Origin: Methylococcaceae bacterium
GTDB taxonomy: Bacteria; Pseudomonadota; Gammaproteobacteria; Methylococcales; Methylomonadaceae
Assembly: GCA_021647145.1 (NCBI GenBank)
Contig: JAKIVF010000001.1
Coordinates: forward strand, 2,743 to 66,742
Length of the DNA stretch: 64,000 nt
Direction: 5' to 3'
Shown here: in pieces, positions 48,853 to 57,783 of the stretch
How the letters are laid out: every line of letters begins with the position of its first letter
Position numbering within the stretch: position 1 is the first letter of the stretch
The notes under the pieces: model-generated
Database searches by the model: none
The model's input: the letters and a program-made list of their open reading frames with translations, nothing else
What the model was told of the DNA's origin: nothing
Translations under genes and position numbers: made by a program

Positions 48853-49868
48853 AACCACCTCAAGTGTCGAGTGGCAATTAGGCCTGATAGTAAGAATGAT
48901 AAAGCTAAAGGCCAATGATAAAGTTCAGTTTTAGGTCTGAAAAACTGGGTGTCTTTATCAACGGGTTCTAATTCATCTAATAAGGAATAGATTAGATCTA
49001 GTTCTTTGGTATCTCTTGCTCTAAAATATCGTCCCCCTGTTATTTCCGCAATTGATTTTAAGGTTTTTTCATCTAAATCTATTGAGGGGTTGATTCGTCT
49101 TGTACCAAAAAAATTCTGAATGATCATTTCATCAGCACCAATACCAATAGTGTATATTTTTAAGTTGGATTCAGCAGCAAGTTCTGCTGCTTTTAAAGGA
49201 GAAACCTCGCCTGTTGTATTTGCTCCATCAGTGAGTAATATCAGAACTCTGCTATTAGCTGATTTTTTATTTAAACGTTTTACGGCAAGACCTATCGCAT
49301 CACCAATAGAGGTGCCTGGCTGTTCTCCTTCTATATCTGCTATGCCGAGTCCATCAGGTGAGTTTTTACCATGAAATGCTTCTTTTAGAAAATCATTCAC
49401 TGTTTTTCTATCAAAAGTGGGGGGTGATTGAAAGTAAGGTTTTGTTGCAAAAAGTATTAAGCCAACCCTATCTCCACTTCGCCGTTCTAAAAACTGACCC
49501 GCTATTTTTTTTGTGGCAACTAAGCGATCAACGCCTCTATCATTGATAATAAAATCTTTTGTACTCATGCTTCCTGAAACATCTACTGCCAATATTAAAT
49601 CTCTGCCACTTATTGACTTTTCTATGGGTTCACCCATCCAAAGTGGTCTCATACTAGCAAGTACTAACAAGAACCAGGCCGCCATTGCCAAGATCAAAGG
49701 CCATTGCTTAGTTGGCGTTACTGATTTAGTTTCGTCTGCCGCAAAGTCATTTAAAAAAGGGACTTTTAACGCGGCTTGATCCTCTGGTGTTTCAGGAGGT
49801 AAAGCCCATCGAATTAATGCAGGGAGTGGAAGTACTAATATTAACCACGGCCATTCGAAAGTAATCAT
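48849..49868 (-). CDS. batA: BatA-like VWA domain membrane protein
   Basis: Two N-terminal TM segments, the MIDAS motif AVDVSGSM, LLTDGANT and a C-terminal TM segment. Confidence 0.85.
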   Translation of the reverse strand: MITFEWPWLILVLPLPALIRWALPPETPEDQAALKVPFLNDFAADETKSVTPTKQWPLILAMAAWFLLVLASMRPLWMGEPIEKSISGRDLILAVDVSGSMSTKDFIINDRGVDRLVATKKIAGQFLERRSGDRVGLILFATKPYFQSPPTFDRKTVNDFLKEAFHGKNSPDGLGIADIEGEQPGTSIGDAIGLAVKRLNKKSANSRVLILLTDGANTTGEVSPLKAAELAAESNLKIYTIGIGADEMIIQNFFGTRRINPSIDLDEKTLKSIAEITGGRYFRARDTKELDLIYSLLDELEPVDKDTQFFRPKTELYHWPLALSFLLSGLIATRHLRWL

Positions 49869-50326
49869 TTTTTGTTTCTTTGGGCTTTAAGCCATTTTTC
49901 ACAGATATTAATTATTTGAGAAATATCTATATTATTGTCAGGTATTTTTTTATAATGAGCATTGGCCAAATATTGCCCTGCTCCTTGTGTAAAAGGGTTA
50001 TCTACTAGCGTTTTATCTAAATATTCAAGCCAGGCTTGCCCAGTAAGGCTTGCACAATCACTTCTGGGAGCGTTACTGATTGCAACACGGCGTAGTAATT
50101 CAGATATTTTTGTCAGTTTATCAATGTCCTCAGATGAATTGTCCCGTTTGATTTCTAGTAGTTGTTTTTTAGCTGTTTTTATCGCACTAGGCCGCGTTAG
50201 ATAGTGAGCTAACCAAGCAAGAAAAAAACAAGCTAGAAGAACTAGCCACCAGCCAACCGCAGGGGGCCACCAATTGATGGCTTCAGGTAAATGAATTTCT
50301 CTTAAAGAAAGTGACTGGGGTTCCAT
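49865..50326 (-). CDS. DUF4381 family single-TM protein
   Basis: INWWPPAVGWWLVLLACFFLAWLA is the typical DUF4381 N-terminus. It lies between DUF58 and batA. Confidence 0.7.
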   Translation of the reverse strand: MEPQSLSLREIHLPEAINWWPPAVGWWLVLLACFFLAWLAHYLTRPSAIKTAKKQLLEIKRDNSSEDIDKLTKISELLRRVAISNAPRSDCASLTGQAWLEYLDKTLVDNPFTQGAGQYLANAHYKKIPDNNIDISQIINICEKWLKAQRNKK

Positions 50327-51219
50327 TACCGCAAAACCTCTACAGGGTTATCTGTTGTATTACATTGGGAAAAAGCGATGCCCATTTTTTTTGATATTTT
50401 TCGTAAATAATTAACTCGATCTTGAAAATGTTGTTGATAGCTTAGAATACGATGCTTATCATCAGTATTAATTGCTACAGTTCGCTCATTATCAGTAAAA
50501 AGATAGCGCCCATTGGTGGGTAATTGGCTTTCTAAAGGATCATAAACCTGAATTAATACGACTTCACAATGACGAGATAATTTTGCTAAGTGGTTTTCAG
50601 ATTGTTGATTTAACCCACGAAAATCACTAATAATATAAATAAGGCTCCCTGGGCGGGTATGCTGGATTAATCTGCTTAAGGCCTTTTCTAGTGACATATC
50701 TGGTTGAGGAACGGAACGAACCAACAGAAGAGCACTGAAAAAACGTAAGACAGCATGTTTGCCGTTTTGTGGCTTTAATTCCTGGCAAAGGGAATCAGTG
50801 AAAATTTGTCCACCAATTCGGTCACCATGGTATTGAGCCATCCATGCAATTAAGGCTGCAATTTTTGATGCTTGTACAGATTTAAAGACTCCTCGCGTGG
50901 CAAAATGCATGGTAGGGCGGTCATCTACTGAAATAAAGACGGGTCGTTCTCGTTCTTCGCGAAAAATCTTGGTATGTGTTTTTCCTGTTCGAGCAGTAAC
51001 TCGCCAGTCTATGCTCCGTATATCATCACCGGGTTGATATAATCTGGATTCATCAAATTCCATTCCTCTTCCCTTTGAATGAGAAATGTAACCACCGCTT
51101 TGCCTTGAACGAATAGAGGCTTTTTGAAGTTTAAGCTGGGAAGCTGGTTTTGCTAAATCGACTAAAGAACTTAGCTGAATTGAAACTAAGTCTTTTTTGA
51201 TAGATGTTTGTTCACTCAT
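50326..51219 (-). CDS. DUF58 family protein (MoxR partner)
   Basis: It carries the DIRSIDWRVTARTGK motif. It lies immediately downstream of moxR with no gap. Confidence 0.85.
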   Translation of the reverse strand: MSEQTSIKKDLVSIQLSSLVDLAKPASQLKLQKASIRSRQSGGYISHSKGRGMEFDESRLYQPGDDIRSIDWRVTARTGKTHTKIFREERERPVFISVDDRPTMHFATRGVFKSVQASKIAALIAWMAQYHGDRIGGQIFTDSLCQELKPQNGKHAVLRFFSALLLVRSVPQPDMSLEKALSRLIQHTRPGSLIYIISDFRGLNQQSENHLAKLSRHCEVVLIQVYDPLESQLPTNGRYLFTDNERTVAINTDDKHRILSYQQHFQDRVNYLRKISKKMGIAFSQCNTTDNPVEVLR

Positions 51220-52209
51220 TTAAGGAATGGCAATTCTGCAAAGTAATTCTTTGATAAAATCATCAGAAGTGAGGCCTTCTGCTTCAGCTTCATAGGTTAA
51301 GATCAATCGATGCCGAAGGACATCATAGGCCATATCTTGAATATCTTCCGGACCAACAAAATCTTGTTGTTTTAGCCAGGCTTTGGCTCTGGAGCATCGG
51401 TCTAAAGCAATACTAGCTCTTGGGCTGGCGCCGTATTGAAGGGACTTTGCCAAGTCTTCTCCATATGCGCCGGGATTACGAGTGGCTAAAATAATTTGCA
51501 ATAAATAATCTTCTAAACTATCAGCCATATGAATGTCCAAAATTTCATTACGGGCATTTAAAATTGATTGTTGGCTTATGGCCTGATAATCCTCATTATT
51601 ATTTTCTTCAAAATCACCGATAGCCTCCGCTCGGGCCAAATGTAAAATATCTTTTTCGTGTTCAGGCTCTGGATAATCTATTTTTATATGTAATAAAAAA
51701 CGATCTAATTGAGCCTCAGGTAAGGGATAAGTACCTTCTTGCTCTATGGGATTTTGTGTTGCCATGACCATGAACAGTTCTGGTAATGGGTAAGTTGTAC
51801 TTCCCACAGTTATTTGTCTTTCAGCCATGGCTTCTAGTAATGCGGCTTGTACTTTGGCGGGTGAGCGATTTATTTCATCAGCTAAAACAAGGTTATGAAA
51901 TAAAGGACCTTTTTGAAACTCAAATGTACTTTGCTGTGGTCGGTAAATTTCTGTTCCTGTCAAATCAGCAGGAAGTAGATCGGGAGTAAATTGTACGCGA
52001 TGAAAATCAGCTTCTATCCCTTGACTTAAAACTTTAATGGCACGAGTTTTTGCTAATCCCGGCGCGCCTTCAACTAAAATATGTCCATCTGCCAGTAAGG
52101 CAATTAACATTTTTTCTATTAAGCTATCTTGACCAATTATTTGCTGGTTAATAAAAGATTTAAGCTGCATGAAAGAGCGTTGAGAGGTACTTTGACTTGT
52201 TTCTGTCAT
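51220..52209 (-). CDS. moxR: MoxR family AAA+ ATPase
   Basis: Walker A is VEGAPGLAKT, Walker B is LVLADEINRSPAKVQAALLEAMAE, and ATQNPIEQEGTYPLPEAQLDRF is present. Confidence 0.92.
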   Translation of the reverse strand: MTETSQSTSQRSFMQLKSFINQQIIGQDSLIEKMLIALLADGHILVEGAPGLAKTRAIKVLSQGIEADFHRVQFTPDLLPADLTGTEIYRPQQSTFEFQKGPLFHNLVLADEINRSPAKVQAALLEAMAERQITVGSTTYPLPELFMVMATQNPIEQEGTYPLPEAQLDRFLLHIKIDYPEPEHEKDILHLARAEAIGDFEENNNEDYQAISQQSILNARNEILDIHMADSLEDYLLQIILATRNPGAYGEDLAKSLQYGASPRASIALDRCSRAKAWLKQQDFVGPEDIQDMAYDVLRHRLILTYEAEAEGLTSDDFIKELLCRIAIP

Positions 52210-52336
52210 AATTACGATTGATGTTCTTGTTAATTTCTAGACTTATTTATAATTAAAGTATAAGTTAAATCTAACGAGCGATATAGTGTAAAGTTTACTA
52301 TTCTATTCAATAACTCACAAAATTGTAAGTATTCAA

Positions 52337-53677
52337 ATGTCTGATTACAAAATAGCACCTGTTTCAAGTCGCTCTATTCCAGACGGAATTCCATTTATTG
52401 TCGCTAACGAGGCAGCTGAGCGCTTTAGTTATTATGGAATGCGAGCTATTTTAGTTGTCTTTATGACTCAGTATTTAATGAATTCAGCTGGTGAATTAGA
52501 TGTGATGAGTGAAAATGAGGCGCAAGGGTATTTTCACTTATATGTTTCTGCTGTGTACTTTATGCCTATCTTCGGAGCCTTGTTGGCAGATGGTTTTATT
52601 GGTAAATATCGAACGATTTTATTTTTATCGCTATTTTATTGTTTAGGGCATTTTGCTTTGGCTCTGGATGATACTCGAATGGGGTTATTAATAGGGCAAG
52701 GACTAATTGCATTAGGTGCTGGAGGAATTAAACCGTGTGTTTCATCTCATTTGGGTGATCAGTTTGGTCGATCGAATCAACACTTGTTGAGTAAAGTTTT
52801 TGGCTGGTTTTATTTTTCTATCAATTTAGGTGCTTTTGCTGCAATGCTAATTATTCCCTGGTTATTGGATAGATATGGTGCTGCTGTTGCCTTTGCTGTT
52901 CCGGGGTTTTTAATGCTGATAGCAACGATTGCTTTTTGGAGTGGACGTTATCGTTTTGTGCATATTCCTCCTGCTGGAACAAGTTTTATACAAGAGGTTT
53001 TAAGTCCTTTTGGATTAAAAATAGTGCTTAAGTTAGGAGGTATTTATCTTTTTATTGCCATTTTTTGGGCACTATTTGAACAAACAGGGTCATCATGGGT
53101 GTTACAAGCACAAAAGATGGACAGAGTGATCTGGGGTATTGAAGTTTTACCATCTCAGGTTCAAGCAGCCAACCCTTTATTAATTATGTTTTTGGTGCCT
53201 TTATTTACTTATTATATTTATCCTGCCTTAGAGAAAATTGTTAACTTAACTGCATTAAAAAAAATATCAATAGGTTTGTTTTTAACGGTCATAGCCTTTA
53301 CTATTCCAGCATGGATTCAAATGCAGTTAGATCAGGGGTTAACACCACATATTAGCTGGCAATTGTTAGCTTACTTGTTTTTAACTACGGCAGAAGTCAT
53401 GGTGTCAATTACTTGCCTGGAATTTTCATACACTCAGGCACCTAAAAAAATGAAATCATTAATTATGGCACTCTTTTTTATGTCTATGGCTTTGGGAAAT
53501 TTGTTTACTAGTGCAGTTAATTTTTTTATTATCAATGATGATGGAAGTAATAAGTTAACAGGTTCAGAATATTTTTGGTTTTTTACTGTTTTAATGTTGA
53601 TTACTGCTATATTATTTTTAATTGTCAGTAAAAATTATCAAGAAAAAACTTATTTACATGAAGAGCAAGCAAGATAG
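52337..53677 (+). CDS. POT/PTR2 family proton-dependent oligopeptide transporter
   Basis: It carries the ERFSYYGMRAIL signature and FYCLGHFALAL. It is a 446-aa polytopic MFS protein. Confidence 0.85.
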   Translation: MSDYKIAPVSSRSIPDGIPFIVANEAAERFSYYGMRAILVVFMTQYLMNSAGELDVMSENEAQGYFHLYVSAVYFMPIFGALLADGFIGKYRTILFLSLFYCLGHFALALDDTRMGLLIGQGLIALGAGGIKPCVSSHLGDQFGRSNQHLLSKVFGWFYFSINLGAFAAMLIIPWLLDRYGAAVAFAVPGFLMLIATIAFWSGRYRFVHIPPAGTSFIQEVLSPFGLKIVLKLGGIYLFIAIFWALFEQTGSSWVLQAQKMDRVIWGIEVLPSQVQAANPLLIMFLVPLFTYYIYPALEKIVNLTALKKISIGLFLTVIAFTIPAWIQMQLDQGLTPHISWQLLAYLFLTTAEVMVSITCLEFSYTQAPKKMKSLIMALFFMSMALGNLFTSAVNFFIINDDGSNKLTGSEYFWFFTVLMLITAILFLIVSKNYQEKTYLHEEQAR

Positions 53678-53708
53678 TATGGTTAATAATTTGAAGCATG
53701 GGGGGTTA

Positions 53709-54296
53709 ATGAAATTTATACAACCAGTTATGATGATATGTATCACGCTTTTTTCAACTAGTGTTTTAGCGGGGATATATAAATGTACAGATGATCGAGG
53801 AAATACCTCCTATCAGGCTAAGCCTTGTTCCGGTGAAAAAAAAGCAATTGAAATAGATGTAAAAACCGGGAGTTCCACTAATTTATCAGTACTGAAAAAG
53901 AAAAAAGAAAAGGAATTGGAGCTCAAAAAACGGCAGGAAATTGATCGTCAAAAATTGATTGAACTAGAAGCAGGACGAAAAAGAGATGCTAAAGAACAAA
54001 GTTCTTTAAACCAGCAGTTAGTCAAAAATAACCCTATTCAATATTCGGCATTTTCTATCCCTCCTTATAGAATCGATAGATTGTCTGATATAGTTAAGGA
54101 GTATGAAACTAAATTGCCTGATATTGAAAAATTAAGGCGATTTGCGGCAAAAAAAGCATTGGCATCAGGTGAGTGCATGCGTGTAGAGGCTAGTCATTTA
54201 AGCAAGAAAAGTTCAGATGATCAATTGGTTTTTTCTGTAGATTGTAGTAGTGCTAATACGTTTTATTTTAATGAACAAGAACTCTTAAAAAATTAG
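53709..54296 (+). CDS. DUF4124 domain-containing secreted protein
   Basis: A signal peptide is followed by IYKCTDDRGNTSYQAKPC (DUF4124) and then a coiled-coil Lys/Glu-rich linker. The ATG at 53709 is preceded by GGGGG. The track start at 53622 overlaps the POT gene. Confidence 0.7.
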   Translation: MKFIQPVMMICITLFSTSVLAGIYKCTDDRGNTSYQAKPCSGEKKAIEIDVKTGSSTNLSVLKKKKEKELELKKRQEIDRQKLIELEAGRKRDAKEQSSLNQQLVKNNPIQYSAFSIPPYRIDRLSDIVKEYETKLPDIEKLRRFAAKKALASGECMRVEASHLSKKSSDDQLVFSVDCSSANTFYFNEQELLKN

Positions 54297-54301
54297 GTAT
54301 A

Positions 54302-55132
54302 GTGGAATCAAAAATTGTTTTTATTACGGGCTGTTCAACAGGCATAGGCTACGCAGCAGCAGTTGAATTAAAAAAACGTGGACATAGAGTCATTTGTTCT
54401 GCAAGAAAAGATCAAGATGTAGCGCGGCTTCAATCAGAAGGTTTTGAGGCTTTACAATTAGATTTGTCTGAATCAAATAGTATTTTAAACGCAGTAAAAC
54501 AATTGCTTGTTCTGACTGATGGAAAAATTGATGCATTATTTAATAATGGTGCATTTGGACAGCCCGGTGCGGTTGAAGATTTAAGTCGAGATGTATTAAG
54601 GCACCAGTTTGAAACCAATTTATTTGGCACACATGAATTGACAAATTTAATTCTCCCTGTCATGCGAAAACAAGGGTATGGACGTATTATTTACAATAGT
54701 TCTATTTTAGGCTTTGTCGCAATGAAATTTAGAGGGGCCTATAATTCAAGTAAATTTGCTTTAGAAGGCTTGGTTGATACGTTGCGAATAGAACTTTATG
54801 GTACTAATATTAAACTGTGTATTATTGAGCCAGGGCCAATTTCTAGTAATTTCAGAAAGAATGCATTTGCTATGTATAAGAAAAATATTAACCCTGAATT
54901 AAGTTTTCATAAACAGACCTACCAACTGATGGAAGAGCGTTTACAGAAAGAAGGACCAGTTGCTTCTTTTACTTTACCTGCCGTTGCAGTCGTTGACAAA
55001 TTGATACATGCGCTTGAATCGAAACGCCCAAAAATACGTTACTATGTCACCTTTCCAACTCATTTATTTGGTTTTTTAAAACGTATTTTACCTTCTAGTT
55101 GGTTGGATTATTTATTAAGAAAAGTTCAATAA
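54302..55132 (+). CDS. short-chain dehydrogenase/reductase (SDR)
   Basis: Cofactor motif VFITGCSTGIGYA, NNGA, and catalytic YNSSK. Confidence 0.85.
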   Translation: MESKIVFITGCSTGIGYAAAVELKKRGHRVICSARKDQDVARLQSEGFEALQLDLSESNSILNAVKQLLVLTDGKIDALFNNGAFGQPGAVEDLSRDVLRHQFETNLFGTHELTNLILPVMRKQGYGRIIYNSSILGFVAMKFRGAYNSSKFALEGLVDTLRIELYGTNIKLCIIEPGPISSNFRKNAFAMYKKNINPELSFHKQTYQLMEERLQKEGPVASFTLPAVAVVDKLIHALESKRPKIRYYVTFPTHLFGFLKRILPSSWLDYLLRKVQ

Positions 55133-55314
55133 TGGATGAATTCTCTATTGGGTGTCCATATTGTGGAGAAAGTATTGATTTATTAGTTGATGGGTCTGAA
55201 GGGGAGCATGAATGTTATGAAGATTGTTCAGTTTGTTGTTCTCCTATTTTTTTGGAAGTATCGTTTGATGAGCTTGGAAAATTGAAAGTTTTGGCCAAAA
55301 GAGATAGTGACTAA
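55132..55314 (+). CDS. CPXCG-motif zinc-ribbon protein
   Basis: MDEFSIGCPYCGESIDLLVD...CSVCCSPI. The ATG at 55132 shares a TAATG overlap with the SDR stop. Confidence 0.65.
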   Translation: MDEFSIGCPYCGESIDLLVDGSEGEHECYEDCSVCCSPIFLEVSFDELGKLKVLAKRDSD

Positions 55315-55415
55315 GTAGGAAACGCCTCTAAATTTATTGCCATAAAATAATTAAGGTAATATGAGGCTGAAGTTAATTTTAGAAAACTTAATTCATGCAA
55401 TACTCACAAAAATTG

Positions 55416-55424
55416 TGCTAGAAT
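55416..55424 (+). promoter_or_regulatory. candidate extended -10 promoter (TGcTAGAAT) for the 55510 gene
   Basis: TG at 55416-55417, then one nt, then TAGAAT at 55419-55424. There is no good -35. It lies about 85 nt upstream of the ATG. Confidence 0.3.
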
Positions 55425-55509
55425 CACACCTAGCATATAGTTAAATTAAATATATAAGATTTAAAATAGTTACATGCTCATCAAAATAACTACAACGAGG
55501 TATACATAG

Positions 55510-55896
55510 ATGAAATTATTAAAAAGCGCTGTCGTAGCATTAACTTTAGCTCTTTCTTTAGGAACTTTTTCTACATCTGCACTTGCAGAATGTGAAGATG
55601 GAAGAACTTGCTTTGGTCCAGAGCAAGCGATTGATATGGTTTTAGGGAAAATAGCTGAATCAATGAAATTAATTAATGATGGTGCTGATTCAGGCGATGT
55701 TCAAAAGATGATTAAAAAAGCTATGGATGCAAAAAAGGAAATTAATGCAAGTGATATTGTTTCTCGTCATGCTGCTAAAGCAAATGGTCATTTGAAAAAA
55801 GCTAGAAAAGCAGCTAAAAAAGATGAACTAATAAAAGCTACTGAACATTTAGAAGCTGCTGAGAAAGGTTTTGAAGGCTTGAAAGCGCGTTTATAA
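55510..55896 (+). CDS. small secreted alpha-helical Lys/Ala-rich protein (hypothetical)
   Basis: 128 aa with a signal peptide (LSLGTFSTSALA), a Cys pair (CEDGRTC) and a helical K/A/E-rich body with H-containing repeats (HAAKANGHLKKA, TEHLEAAEKG). A strong terminator lies downstream. Confidence 0.5.
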   Translation: MKLLKSAVVALTLALSLGTFSTSALAECEDGRTCFGPEQAIDMVLGKIAESMKLINDGADSGDVQKMIKKAMDAKKEINASDIVSRHAAKANGHLKKARKAAKKDELIKATEHLEAAEKGFEGLKARL

Positions 55897-55923
55897 GTTT
55901 TTTTGTTATAACTATTCATAAAA

Positions 55924-55949
55924 ATAGGACGCTTGCGTCCTATTTTTTT
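55924..55949 (+). terminator. intrinsic terminator
   Basis: ATAGGACGC (55924-55932) / GCGTCCTAT (55935-55943), followed by a run of T. Confidence 0.7.
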
Positions 55950-56013
55950 GTCTTTTGAGGTCTACTTACCCAATCACAATCAACGCCTCTTTAAGTTTAT
56001 TTTATAAGTAAAT

Positions 56014-56190
56014 ATGCCAGATTTTAAAAAATATAGATGCATGGAGTGCGAGTATATTTATGATGAGGCTAAAGGCGATGTTCATAGCGGCTTAGCTCCT
56101 GGGACACTTTGGTCAGATGTTCCTGAGAGTTGGGCATGTCCAATATGTGGGGCACCTAAAAGCTTTTTTAAGTTAATTGAAAGTTCTTAG
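56014..56190 (+). CDS. rubredoxin
   Basis: Not in the ORF track because it is only 58 aa. My translation is MPDFKKYRCMECEYIYDEAKGDVHSGLAPGTLWSDVPESWACPICGAPKSFFKLIESS. It has both CxxC knuckles and the conserved GTxW/F..P..W.CP.CG pattern. The SD is weak. Confidence 0.85.
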   Translation: MPDFKKYRCMECEYIYDEAKGDVHSGLAPGTLWSDVPESWACPICGAPKSFFKLIESS

Positions 56191-56203
56191 GGATCGTTTT
56201 TAA

Positions 56204-56950
56204 CTAAACCTGAGATAAATTAATATTTCCGAAATATTCCTGCAGATTGATTTTTATAGGCATAAAGTAGATATTGAAGTTCATCTCTTTAGCCATTGAA
56301 ATAACTTGATTGGTAAAGTTAATATTCCAATCATATTCAGCTTTAAATGATGCAGGAAATTTAACTTTGTTTTTTAACTTCCAATAATTCATTGAAGATG
56401 TTGTTGTAATTGGACTAATTCCAATAAATGTATCAATGCCTTGTAAGTGTTCAGCATAAACCTCTATCATTCTTAAATCATAAAAAGGCTGAGAAAAAAA
56501 GCTAGAAGCACCTGCATCTATTTTTCTTTGCACATACATACACTCGCCCTGAACCCCATTTCTATGTGAATCAAAACCAGCATGAATCGTTATTTGAGGA
56601 AATCTTTGCTTAACAGATCTAATTAAGTCAATTACATTTGTGTTGTGAAATTTTCTTTTAATACCTTCTGGAGGATCTCCAGAAACTAAAAGTACATGTT
56701 CTAATTCGTTTTCTTCAATAATCTGAAAAATATCACCTGACTTTATTGAGAAGTCAATTGCTCTAAAATGAGGGACAAATTGATGTTTTTTTCGGTCAAC
56801 TTTTTTCCCTGTCTCCCAGCTTCTTATGTCAAATCGTTGAATATCAGGTACATTGATCATACTGATTGATTCGCCAAGTGTTGAGACAAATTGGTATTGA
56901 TCGTCAAATGCTTGAGTGTTTCTTGGTACTATTTCAAATGAAAATTTCAT
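56204..56950 (-). CDS. short methylenetetrahydrofolate reductase (MetF/MTHFR) family protein, divergent
   Basis: Matches by eye to E. coli MetF blocks: FSFEIVPRNT (vs VSFEFFPPRT), HVLLVSGDPP (vs HIVALRGDLP), QRKIDAGASSFFSQPFYD (vs KRKVDAGANRAITQFFFD) and FIGISPIT (vs IPGILPV). At 248 aa it is shorter than MetF. Confidence 0.6.
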   Translation of the reverse strand: MKFSFEIVPRNTQAFDDQYQFVSTLGESISMINVPDIQRFDIRSWETGKKVDRKKHQFVPHFRAIDFSIKSGDIFQIIEENELEHVLLVSGDPPEGIKRKFHNTNVIDLIRSVKQRFPQITIHAGFDSHRNGVQGECMYVQRKIDAGASSFFSQPFYDLRMIEVYAEHLQGIDTFIGISPITTTSSMNYWKLKNKVKFPASFKAEYDWNINFTNQVISMAKEMNFNIYFMPIKINLQEYFGNINLSQV

Positions 56951-57015
56951 TTATTTTATGGGGTTGTTGTACTTTTAATAGGGAGTTGATATCAATTTTT
57001 TGGGGTGACTTATGG

Positions 57016-57774
57016 TTACAATAGGTTCGATTTTTGTAGATTCAGTAAATGTAGTTTAAGATATTTGTAATAAGTCACTTCGGCATTAGATATTGCAAGC
57101 ATAAGTCCTTGTTCGCCATCAAGAAATGATGCATTAATAATAAATGTGCGAAAAAATGTCCATATGGCACGAAAGATTGCTTGTATCAAAGATGACTTTT
57201 TTCCTTTGTCAAAAAGCATTTCAGCACCTAATGAAGAGTAGTTATTAGTTTTAGATAACACCTCTTCTAATGAGGTATAGGAATCGTGAAGTATTGGATT
57301 TTTAAGTTGACTAATAGGTCCCTTTACAATCACTCTTTCATGGACTAAAGAATTAGAGAATTCTCCCTGTTTTTTTTGAAATAAACGTAAAACATAGTCA
57401 GGCCACCAACCGCCATGTTTGATTTGTTTTCCGCAATAGCTAGATAACCGAGGTATTTCAAATCCATGGTGAATATTTCGTGGGTTGTTTATAGCTTGTA
57501 GTATTTCCGCTTGCAATTCTTTAGTGATTTGTTCGTCAGCATCAATAGATAAAACCCAGTTGCCGCTTGCTTTATTTAGTGCGCGTTGTTTTTGAGGGCC
57601 AAAGCCAGGCCAGTCAGTTTCATAAATATGTGGGGTAAAGGTTTTACATATTTCAACTGTATTGTCAGTACTACCAGAATCAAAAACAATGATTTCATCT
57701 GCCCAAGAAACAGATTTTAAACAGCGGGCAATATGTTCTGATTCATTTTTTGTGACAATGATGATGCTAAGCAT
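57016..57774 (-). CDS. family 2 glycosyltransferase (KdtX/WaaE-like LPS core type)
   Basis: SIIIVTKNESEHIARCL...VFDSGSTDNT...SIDADE. Confidence 0.85.
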   Translation of the reverse strand: MLSIIIVTKNESEHIARCLKSVSWADEIIVFDSGSTDNTVEICKTFTPHIYETDWPGFGPQKQRALNKASGNWVLSIDADEQITKELQAEILQAINNPRNIHHGFEIPRLSSYCGKQIKHGGWWPDYVLRLFQKKQGEFSNSLVHERVIVKGPISQLKNPILHDSYTSLEEVLSKTNNYSSLGAEMLFDKGKKSSLIQAIFRAIWTFFRTFIINASFLDGEQGLMLAISNAEVTYYKYLKLHLLNLQKSNLL

Positions 57775-57783
57775 TGGCTTTTT

